DNA of 64,000 bases from Macrostomum lignano. Taxonomy: Eukaryota. The DNA is taken from the NCBI GenBank assembly GCA_002269645.1, contig NIVC01000405.1:304956-368955 (forward strand), in the 5' to 3' direction. Below the pieces are notes generated by a model that had not been told where the DNA came from, made no database searches, and saw nothing but the letters and a program-made list of their open reading frames with translations. Of the stretch, positions 46,828-57,753 are shown in pieces (within the stretch, counting starts at the first letter, position 1; the number at the start of each line of letters is the position of its first letter). The position numbers and the translations under genes were made by a program.

Positions 46828-49800
46828 TTAACGAAACTTCCTAGCCATCCAGTTATGGAATTGATGTATCTTCTTTTTAACAGCTGAAACAATCGGCTTG
46901 TTAATGTACTTCTGGTAGCGCTCGTACACCCGTTTCTCATTGTCTACGATGCTGTTCAGTATGGTGTCGTCACGCAGGCTGCCTGTGCAGACGGCCAGTT
47001 CCCGGATGTCCTGCAGCTGCTGCATCCTTTTCGCATAGCCTGGGCGCCGGTTCATCCTCTCCGACTCGATCAGTTTGTCGATGTAGTCGACTTCACTTAG
47101 CGGGTCCGGTTTCAAGGCGATTTCTTTCAGCTTGTCGATGCACTCCTTGCACTCCACAATCAGTTCAACTAAGGTTGACTTTTTAGCCAAATAATCCTCG
47201 TAAACCTGCTGGACCAACTGTTTGGCTGTAATCATCTTGCCGGTAGCGTCCTGATAGCGAGCCATCAGTTCCTGTGAAGTTTTAGTTACCACCTGGCTCT
47301 GGATCTCAATTCGGTAAGGCATGTTGCGGTGCATGGTCCAATCACATGCGCCGCGGCACACGTGGCACTTGCCGTCTGTCATGGCTGCACACCTTGATTT
47401 GTCCTTGTCCTCCGGAATTTTGCACGGATAATGGCATGTCCTGTTGCAAGTCAAACAATTCGTGATGTAGGTACCAGCTGGTATGTCTACATGAACGGCC
47501 TTTTCTTCTTTAACGGAGTAAGTGAAGTCTTTGTTGCGTTTGATGTCAGCTGAGTGTCTCTTAATCACGTCGATCTCAGCCTCTAGGCGGTTTAGTACTC
47601 CTAGACTCAGGTCTATTTGAGTTTTTATTGCTACAATTTTCACCTGTAGTCGCTCCCGCGCTTGAAGAACATCCTTTGTCAGAGTCAGGCTTTTAGCTTG
47701 CATGCCCTGAACATGCTGAAAGAAGTCCTTGAAGCTTTCCATGCCCATATCCCAGAACAACTTATTGAAACTGCCAGCCATACTGACACCTTGCGACTTC
47801 ATGGCGAAAACAGCCGAGTTGTTGAACTTGATGTGCATATTGTAGGGAATTTTGGCTTCCTTAAGTGACTCCAAGACCGGTGGTTCATTGGCATCCGCAA
47901 AGGTCACAAGAATATAGATGTTACCGCCGACGTCTCGTCCGAACAGAGACAGAATCGAGTCAAAGACGTACCGCTGAGTCGGCGTCAAACGAGAGACACT
48001 AGACGGCACTACAAAGCCGACTGCATCCAAGTGATCGATGCCACCGGGAGCGGAGAAGAATGCTCTAATTCTGTCCACAATCTTCTGGTCGTTCACGATG
48101 CCCTCAGTATCGCCAAACCCGGGCGTGTCTACCAAAGTAAACGTGAATGGATGACGAGATCCTTCGTGTCGGTGAAACGTGTAGGAAGTGACCCAGAGTC
48201 TGGCTAGCTGACTGAGATTGGCTGAGCTCCTTCTCTTTCGGATCAGCGACAATGCGGAGTCGGAATTCGTCATCGTAATTCACACCGAACAAGTAATTCA
48301 CCATTGAGTTGATCAGAGTGGTCTTGCCAGACCCCGTCTCTCCAACGATCATAATGACTTTTTCTTCCGACTGCTGAAAAGTGTAATAGTCAGAGCAGCC
48401 TCTGTACTCCATTCCGCGCACTTGATTTGCGACATCGTTCATCGTTCGGTCCATTTGCAGTTCGTACACGGCTGGCACACTTTTGGAATCTTGGTCGGTT
48501 ACTTGAGAGAACTGCAATGCTGTGTACTTTGCAACTTCTTGAGCCGAGTAGTCAGCCTTGACTGCGTAAGGGTCACTTGGTTTGCCTGCTGTCTTGTCCG
48601 AGTACAGTGAAGCTGCCGTTACGATGTAGTCTCCATTGCCATATATAGGAACAGCAACAACTGTGTCAGTTGATTCGAAGTTTCTGTCGCAGATGAGAGC
48701 TCCTGATACTCCATCCGTAACTCTAACTCGATACCCAACGTGATTGGAACTTTGACCTGAGGATTTGCCTTTGTGTAGTTTAACTTGAATAGCAAACGGT
48801 GAAATCGCTTTAGCTGAGCTGATTGTGAGCGCGTCAGTCTCCAAAGTCTCAACTGGCTCTAGGTTAACCAATTCGCCATAGCCGAGCTCACGAACGGTTG
48901 AATAGCTGACGGAGTACTTCGTTTTTGGCAGAAGAGCTTTCAAATTTAGCATTATCATTTGTCTATCGTCAAAGTCGCATTCAATCCCTTCAATGCGATT
49001 TGATGTAGCACAGCGCCAAGTCACAAGCACGCTCATTACAGGGTTGTCCGCACTGTTAAAAGTGGGCTTGCTAACTAGTAATTCAATACAGTCGCTCGAT
49101 ACACTGCCTACTTCAACTGTAACTGGAATCAGGAATGAATCAATGCTAGATAGAACAGCGCGTTGGTCTTTTAGAATGCAAAAGCGGCAATCAAAGTGTT
49201 CCATTTCTTCGTGAATTACTTTCCAAGAAAAGATGAAATCTTTCCGTCGTTGATTAGCAATTTGAAAATTGTGTAACCTCGACAGCTTGCTGCTTAGCAT
49301 TTTCAGCATTAGTTGCATATCGAACTGTTCTAGAAAAGCTTCGATAGCTAGGGGCTTAGGGGCCTGCTTTGGAAATAGTAGTCTGACTTGGCACTCTAGC
49401 CGACAATCTGTGTATTCAATTGATTTCCCAACGTCATCGATGCGACGTAGAACTGACAAAACTGCGTTCAATTCAGGCAGCCAATCAATGGACGCCTGTC
49501 GAAGAACAAGCTTGCTCAGCTTCTTTGCATCACGATAGTTTGACTTCAGCAACTGGTGGTTGATTATATACTTGTTCTCAGTAACTTGCATGACTGCTAT
49601 TAAAGTGTTACGCAAGAAACTAGCATCCTTGAGCAGCTCATCAGCAATTATCGTTACAAGGATACGTAAAGTGGCTCGAGTTTCGTACAATGCTGCCAGA
49701 ACGCTACTAATCTGCTGATTAAGATGAGTCTGCTTCTGGTTCGCGATGTTGTTTAGCCTAAACAAAGCTGTTGTGCAGCTGTCACTGTTGGCAGCTTCGG

Positions 49801-51569
49801 CTTGTACAAGACGCTTAAATTCGTCTCAGTCGCAATCTTTTGTTTGACCATTTGAAGCAAATGCCTTGATGCTTGTGGATTGCGCCTGTGACGGGTCAGC
49901 ATCTGAAAATTTTCAAACGTTTAAATGATTACTTGTTGCTGGGAACAAGACATTGTTTTTACGCCGGTACTAGACTGACTGTCTCAGGGGCATTGTGTTT
50001 TAATTAACCAATGAAGTTTTAGTGCTTGTATTTATTTTATCATTCTTACCTGACTGTATAACACTACGTGTAACAGAGATGATAAAAAGATTATTAAAAC
50101 CAATGAGTCGAGCTGTGACATGCATTTTTACGAGTTTTAGGTACTTTGAAATGTACATAGAATAAAAACTTTATACAGAATCTAATTTTCTAAACAGAAA
50201 GCTTTATAGATGAGCATTGGCTTTGCCTTATCAAAAGCAATAACAATTTTTGTGCTGAAATAATGAAAACTCCTATCTCTGTAGTATATTTTATCAAAAA
50301 ATTCGCCTCCTAAAATTTTCAAGAAGCTTAGTTTCCCGTCCTTCTACTTAAGTCGTCCTTGAAAAAAATGCCTAACCATGTCGTAATTCAGATAGATTAA
50401 TATACAGGTTTCGTGGGTCACTTTTAGTCACTAAAAACCTAATCGTTTTTTAATTTCCTACATTGGTGCGGCCTAACACCAGAAAAAACAGACAAAACTT
50501 TACAGGCTTACAGTTCTGTCCTGATTGAGTTACAGAATTTACGACTTTAGGAGTTACAAACATTACATTTAGACAGAGAAAATAAGTAACTGAAGAATTG
50601 TGCCAAGTTTGAAGGCAATCGCTTCACGTGGAATGGCAGCCGAAGGTCAGTCAGTTTTAAAACAGATTTTACAAACTGGCCAGATAAGAGAAGGGAAGTG
50701 AGGCGGAGGTTGGGGTGGTTGCCTCGCTGAATAAAACAAAACTTTAAAAGTGCACAGCGACGTTCAGAATTAACATTAAAACGCAAAATTTTACACGATT
50801 GCGTCATAATAGCTGATTAATATTGTTGCGTCAGAGTTGAATAGCATTGGTAGAAGTGGAGCAACGCTATGGAGGATTTAGTGAAAAATGCACTTTTAGC
50901 AGTTTCCTGCTTTAGGTACAAATAGGAAATTTTAAAAAGCCGGGAGCCTTCTTCATGGTGAGTTTTGGGTGGGTCTAAACTTTGGTATAATTAATTTGTG
51001 TGAGCCATTTAGGAATCCATTGCAATGTAATTTGTACACAGATAGACAGTTTAAATTTTATATTTATAGACTTGATAGGCAAACTAGGTAGAAAAGAACT
51101 CACCATCATTTGTAAAACCATAGACCACAAAGCCTTCGAAAACCTCAACAATAGTGTCTGGAGCAATGGTCTCGTGCTCATGCTCTTCACCATCAATTTG
51201 AAGCAGACTTCCATTCCTGCATAAAGCTCCAAAGACAATGTACTTTGGAAATTCATTTCTTTCCCAAAGAACTTGTAGAATAGCAGACACAGTATATGAT
51301 TTAGGAAACAGGCTATAAATTAGATTGATAGCCTGGAAAGGCGATAGTCCAATGGCTGCAATGTCTTCAAGAAAAGTAGTTCTTTGAATGCATAGCACTA
51401 GTTTTTGATCTGACTTTTCCACTGCAAACTTTGTTTTGGTTGATAGCTTTGGAAATGTGTCATCCCAAAAACTATACTTTAGTCCAACAGATGGTATTTG
51501 TTTGCTCAATGTTTGAATCAATTTGAATGATTTTTCAGCCAGAGCCATGGTAGCATTCAAAGATGCTAG
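46828..51569 (-). pseudogene. FN3 + septin/AIG1-like P-loop GTPase + Cys-rich domain gene with in-frame stop and frameshift
   Basis: Exon 51569-51104 (donor G/GTGAGT, phase 1) joins exon 49902-46828 in phase. G1 VGETGSGKTTLINSM, G3 LVDTPGFGD, Cys-rich ITNCLTCNRTCHYPC...CHVCRGACDWTMHRN, two FN3-like segments. TGA at 49826-49828 and a frame change at ~48196. The first exon was not found. Confidence 0.75.
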
Positions 51570-52352
51570 CTGAAATATTATATTTATGTTTAGGTTTTAT
51601 GATTCAAATGATAGATATAGCTTATATTAAGAGAAAAAATAAAATATCAATAAATAGTTTTAGATTTAAAGTACTTCATTTCATAAAATAATTTCCAGCT
51701 ATCTACATTATTGCTATGCAAAATTTATATTGACTAATTATTGGATATAAACAAAATGAGCTCTTGGACTATATTTTAAGCTATATACCTAAAAGCCATT
51801 TCAATTAGCTAGAATGTGTTAATATGAGCTTTATAAATTTTATAGTCTTAATTACATTAAAAATTTCTGCAAGCAAGGATCTATTGTTTAAATAGAGTAT
51901 CGAATTGTTGATTGGCTCCTTTTAATTAATAATTTAATTTTATCATCTCAAAACATTCCCTAAGTCTAAGATACATTTAAAAAAAATTTTCCAGATGGTA
52001 ATTAAATTAGTATAGTATAGCTAGAAGCAAGCATAATTGAGATTATAAAAAATAACGTAAATATGTATTGACACGCTGTTCCGTTCATACACTGACAGTT
52101 TTTCACTGAATTAACATAATCATAAAGTGCAACTATGCGTCTGTTGAGCATTCAACTTGACTCAGATGAGCCAAAAGTCAAAAACGCAACTACATGTATT
52201 AAAATTAATAAAATCATGTCTCCCAATATACTTATTTGCCATAAAGCAAAAAATAAGATTAGGAAACACGCTACATAATATGGTAATAATGCAGAAAGAG
52301 CAAGACTTTCAACATGGTAAACTACGTTAAGTTCCTGATCGATGGCTCGATA

Positions 52353-53035
52353 ATGTGTGGGTCCCCCGACAGATATTCACCAGACAGATATTTTTTTCTT
52401 CGGGCAGATAATTCAAACAAAAAATGAATTCATGTTTTGGGATACATTCCTTACTCTGACGCCATATTCAGCTTTAAAAATTTGTAAGCAGAAGTTTTCT
52501 GTCCCAAAGAAAAAAATGGCATGAATGCAGTGTGTCAAAAGACGAATTCATTGGCACCCCTTAAAAACACATTTTGGAAGCAAATATCTCGGGAAATACA
52601 AAAGGGAATCATGTGTCTAAGATGTCATTGCAAAGCTGAGACATGCGTCAAGAAGTGATAAAAGTTTCAGAGCAAATGATTAAAGCATTGAGACGTAGCG
52701 ATAAATCAAACTTTTTGTTGATCAACGATCTTCAACCAAGATAAACCATAACTTTGATTTATCGCTGCGTCTCAACGCTTTAATCATTTGCTCTGAAACT
52801 TTTATCACTTCTTGACGCATGTCTCAGCTTTGCAATGACATCTTAGACACATGATTCCCTTTTGTATTTCCCGAGATATTTGCTTCCAAAATGTGTTTTT
52901 TAGGGGTGCCAATGAATTCGTCTTTTGACACACTTTGCATTCATGCCAATTTTTTTTTCAGGGCGGTGCGGGCGGTGCGGGGCGTGTTTTAGGGAGACCC
53001 CTGTCTGGTGAATATCTGTCGGGGAACCCACACAT
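52353..53035. mobile_element. 683-bp fold-back MITE with 9-bp TSD (Mutator-type)
   Basis: TIR ATGTGTGGGT[C/T]CCCCGACAGATATTCACCAGACAG at both ends; TSD GGCTCGATA at 52344-52352 and 53036-53044; inner inverted arms ~52520-52710 / ~52765-52950. Confidence 0.85.
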
Positions 53036-53967
53036 GGCTCGATAGTACTAGTAACTGTCGATCAGCTTGACGATATTTAAAAAATGAAAACGAAAATCGA
53101 AAAATTTTGAAGTTATTATAAACTATAAAATTATAAGATGCATTTTCTTCTTTGGCGTTTTAAAAAAAAATTTCATACAGGGTAAGATTTTGTATCGAAG
53201 AACTAGCCTATTTTAGCATATCATTTGTTTAACTTGAAAAACGTAAAATTTTCCCTTAGAAACATGTTATACAATTGTTATACATGTTATATAAAAGTAA
53301 AAATAAAGCTGAAATTGCCAATTGGCGAAGGTGACTTTTGGCTTTATATAATATCATATGCAACTATACTCAGCAACATCGAAAAGTCGCCATCACAGAA
53401 GATTCCATCTGTGGTTGCCACTTTGAGAGTGAAAGGTAATAAAGTTTCTCAATCTTTGCGAGTGACGCAACTTTATAGCTACGCCGCGGCAGTCTTAAGT
53501 GGGGGGAGCGGTGTGCGAGGGTTGGACGAATTATATATAATAATTATCGGACGATCAGTTTTCACGTCTCTTTTATTTCAGAAGAGTCCAATTAAGAGAA
53601 AACAAGCTCACTAGCTACAGTATCTACATGTAGTTGGCGCATTTAGACGCATGAAGCTGAATACATGATTTATGAAAATGCGTTGCAATGCAATATACAT
53701 GTATTCCAACTCAATTATTCGAACCATGTAAATTTTAACATCTCAAGCTTTACTTAAAAGGTACTTTTTAAATTTAAATACCTCCAAAGAAATGCGTATT
53801 TCCTTTGGTTGTTAGATTGCTGCGAAGACCGCAGTGGAGCTGAAGATACGCGAGTATTCCTCTCAGGGCTGCTAATTGACAGAAAAGATGACGTGATCAA
53901 AGCAGTTAGCAAACGGCCGACGAAATAAAACAACCATGAGAGTACTCGTACTACATCCCAAAGACTT

Positions 53968-54436
53968 GCTTCGGTCGACAGACTTTTGTACCTCATGATT
54001 AACGACCAGATAAAGAATCCAGCTCATGGCTGCAGCCTGGATGAGACAGAGTGGAAAGGAAAGAAATTATAGACGATTAGAAAAGGAAGGAATGGCGAGA
54101 TAGGGGATGAGAGAAAAGAAATAAAAGAGTGAGAGGAGATGTGAAAGAGAAGTGAGAGAATAAGAAAGAAGAGACGAGAGAGACGAGAGACAAAGGGAGA
54201 GAGAAGTGGAGTGAGGATAGAGGAGAGAACAGGGGAGAGAGAAACGCGATGAGGTGAGAGAATAGAGGGGAGAGAGAAAAGAGGAGATCGAGAGGAGAGA
54301 GTAGATAAAGGAAAAGAGAGATGAGAGAGAGCAGAAAGACGACAGTAGAGATGAGAGAGTAAAGAAGAGAAAATAGAGGGGAGGGAGAATAGAGAAGAGA
54401 TGTGAGAGTTGATAGAAGAGACAAGAGACAAGAGAT
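53968..54436 (-). mobile_element. hAT-like MITE right end plus GA-rich tract, truncated by the palindrome
   Basis: CGGTCGACAGACTTTTGTACCTCATGATT...GAATCCAGCTCATGG matches the reverse complement of the 20650-20704 end. Confidence 0.5.
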
Positions 54437-54980
54437 GTGATGAGGACGCACTTTTTCCCAAATCCCGCGCTAGCACATGGGCTTTGAACTTACTAGCCTA
54501 CTAACAGTGGGCGAGGGGTATTTTTATCCTTTTTCTGCGAATAGTCATAGAATCTATACTAGATATAATGTCTGGCCATACTAGTAGTCATAATAACATA
54601 GGCGCAGCTTTTTGGGTCGTAAATCATCGCTTTCGAAGCTGGTCTGACAGCCACCTGCGCCTCACTCAGTGTTGAGACGGGCGCCAGATGGTCTGAGAGG
54701 ATGCGGGCGGTAGCTTTTTTCTCATCATTTTGAAGGCCATCAAGATTTATGAGGTCAGAGCCTATTGTTCGGATTCACTCAAGCGTGTGACAGCTTTGAC
54801 AGCTATGCGTTTTACCCCTAAAAGTACTTTGGGATTAGTGATTAGCAATTTCGCTTCATTATCTTCACTTTCTATTTAATAAGAGCTTTCTAATGTATAT
54901 TTTTTCATTAATTTCTGTCAATCCTACGCGAAAAGTCATAAATCATTTTGTTGCGATTTTGAGTGATTTATGGCCGCACC

Positions 54981-55667
54981 TGTCATCTTTTTACGACCCC
55001 GTGAAACTGATAGGATCTCTCGGTCACGTGATTCTGGGTAGCAACAAGCTTAGCCAATCAGAAAATTCGGCGCTCATTTTAACAAAACGGCTCAGCCAAT
55101 CAGAATCGACGTGTTCCATTATAACAAACTGCGGTCCAGTTGGCGGCTATTTAAACCGGAGTTTTTGGCCCACTCGGACCTCATCCTGGCTAAGACTTGC
55201 GCCAACCTCCTGGGGCTTTAGCCTAGCTTGAGACATCCCGGAGCGCGACCGTCGTTTCTTGATCCCCGGATTGCGACTTCCCCCCATCATCATCAAGGAC
55301 GAATCCCCCGGTCGACAGCAGCGAACATCAAGCGAAGATCATCACCTGCTAGCTATCAGCGAAGATCGTGACAGCATCATCCCGAGTCTACAGCTACAGA
55401 GCATCAAGCCGATTCGGTCACTGTGGATTACCTGGTCTCCGGCTGTTGAGTTTCTGATTGGTTGGGTGAGAGGCTACCTAGACTTGCTTGATTGGTTGAT
55501 CCCCTATCTGTCCCCTGTTTCAGTAGCTGAATTAGGCGCACACTTTTGCTCATTTTGTTCAGTAGTGCTGTTATTGAGGCAGAAATCACTTATAATACTG
55601 CTAGTAGTCTGAAACTCCAATTCAATCTGAGGTGTGAAGAGATCTAAGGAGAAGGTTAAATCTAACA
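54981..55667 (+). mobile_element. LTR-like segment (TGTCA...TAACA) inside the left arm; mirrored at 59548-60217
   Basis: TG...CA termini, two GCCAATCAG CCAAT boxes and TATTTAAA; no TSD or clear PBS found. Confidence 0.4.
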
Positions 55668-56945
55668 GTTATTTTTATCGGTTTTATTTCTTTGTTCGCC
55701 GATGGCTCAGATGAGTAGCTAAGCTAGTAGGCGCCGGTCACAGTGGACCAATGGCAAGGCAGTTCTCAGTCGATCAATCAATCAAATCAGTGAGCAAAAC
55801 TGCCAGAAGTGCAGAATCGGCGCCAGAGATGTACTTTGTGCACTCTAGGTTAGCCAAGCGGCTCGGGTAATGAATCATGCGGTCTCTGAAGTTCGAGTTA
55901 GTCTATCATCAGCGCTATAAGAGGCTTGTTGGCGCGTTGAAGGTCAAAAGTACATATCTTCGTATTTAGCAATGTAATAGTACATGTAGCTACCCCATAG
56001 ACTCGCCACTGCAAGAATCCCCTGCACAAGTCCCCTCTGTACCTGCATGGCCAATGCGATCTAGTCCCAGCCGTGTCCCTTATCATCGGCTATGACTTCG
56101 AGATTGACATCAAAAAGACACTAGTTGGCAGGTAGTGCAAAGCCCCTTCTAGTCGGAAGCCCGATTTCGAGAGTCCCGGTGTGGTGAGCCAGGGCGCACG
56201 GGCTGGTGGCAGCGAGTTAGCTTAGTCTGCGGATTAGCTAATTTCTACCTTTAAAATTCTCCCTGCTTGTCTCTCGCTGTCCCTTTCTTAGCTATAGGAC
56301 CTAGACTGCTCGCCACACGATCAAGCTACCATGGGGCTGACCATCTGACAGGAGTGGGGGGCCAGGACTCTAATTGATTCATTTCTGAGACCTGAGGCCC
56401 GAAGGCTTCCTCACAAGGGGCCTGAAAGGTCGAAACCCCTCATAAAGGAGAAATATGACTAATATATGTAAGTGAAAATAAATTGATATTATTGAAGTAC
56501 TCGCTGGTTGCTTCCCGGATTAGGCCCTTGCGGATTACCTTAAGTCTCGAGCCTCTTCAGTGGGAAGTTCTCTTAGCTCTCTCAGTAGCGTAGGTAGTGC
56601 TGCCACCAGTTCCTTCAGGTCTCAGCCTTCGGTGAGGTGAGCTTCCCGTCGGAACGAAATAATGAAGTCAACGAACTCAGCACCAGGTGCAGATATGCAG
56701 TTCAACGTACAAGGCGTCTCGTCAGCAGCACCTGCCGGGCTTGGATGGTACAGGGAGGGCTGAGTTAGCCTCTCGCAGGCTTGGGGTGTGCTTTAGTAGG
56801 GTCTCAGTCGGACCAATAAGAACAGATTCAATAAACGCAGTCGGGCGCTCAGTCAGACGCCAACGCACACAGGTCTTAGAACTCGGGAATCAAGAACTGA
56901 CACTAAGCAGAAACTCCTTGACGGAAACAAGGGGGAGAGGGGTCC

Positions 56946-57240
56946 TATTTATAGCCGGAAAACACCCGCGCACAAGACCTCGTGACTTGTTCTATTTTTA
57001 GAACTGACGTCACTCGAGAGTCTCGGGCAGGGTACAAGCGCGCGGAAGACCTCGTGACTTGTTCTATTTTTAGAACTGACGTCACTTGAGGGTCCCCGGC
57101 AGAGTGCACATGGCTGTGACTCAGTTGCTATTTTTAGCAACATGAGTCACTCCTCTCCTTAGAGAAGGGAGGGTACCGAAAGCATGTGACTCATCCGGTA
57201 AACAGGGCCAGCAAGTGCAGTAAACATGTTTACTGCACTT
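56946..57240 (-). promoter_or_regulatory. Mirror copy of the FOX/AP-1/MEF2/CRE/TATA cassette
   Basis: Reverse complement of 57975-58269. Confidence 0.55.
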
Positions 57241-57753
57241 TAAGACTCAGAGAACGCAGAAACTGTCATGTGACCAGCTCACAAGACAGGGAGACAGAGA
57301 CTGACGAAACAAGGACAGCCCGCAACAGAGAAGTTGCGGGCTGAGAAACGCAGGGCAACACGGGCAGAAGAAAGGGAGGGGGCAGCAACAGACAGCCAAG
57401 AGGAGGGAAGCGGGAAGCTGACTAGCGGCAGACAGCAACCCAGGGCGAGGGCGAGGGCAAGTCGTTATATATTTTTTGTTTCTAAATAGACTTGGAAAGT
57501 AATTTGAGAGGACAGGTCTGTAGGTTTTTTTGAATAAGGTAAGCGCTTTTGTAGTATTTAATATTGGTGCTGGTTGTCTAGCTTTCGGCTTAGTTCTCTT
57601 TCTCTATATATGTGCAGGTGCTTTTTCACTAGAAGTTTCTCATTGTTAAAGCTTAATCGGGGGGTTTATTTTTGAATAGTATAGTATAGATAGAATTAAT
57701 AATGTAGTGATCCGCTAGTTAATGTAAGGCGTCCCACTTTGTCAGCAGTTTCC

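Larger units (their letters stand above)
54437..57461. repeat. Left arm of a 6.3-kb inverted duplication
   Basis: Reverse complement of 57754-60731, with a few SNPs and indels in the outer part. Confidence 0.95.

Noticed and set aside
49826-49828. In-frame TGA (C-D-stop) as selenocysteine
   Set aside because: No SECIS-like element seen downstream of the gene, and a second lesion (frameshift) points to decay or error.
56370-56440. Hammerhead-ribozyme-like fold (CTGA-GACCT...AGGTC-GAAAC), mirrored at ~58775-58845
   Set aside because: Stem II and GAAA are present, but the core reads TTTCTGA instead of CUGANGA and there is no stem III/NUH cleavage site. At best a decayed motif; an Infernal search with RF00008/RF00163 would settle it.
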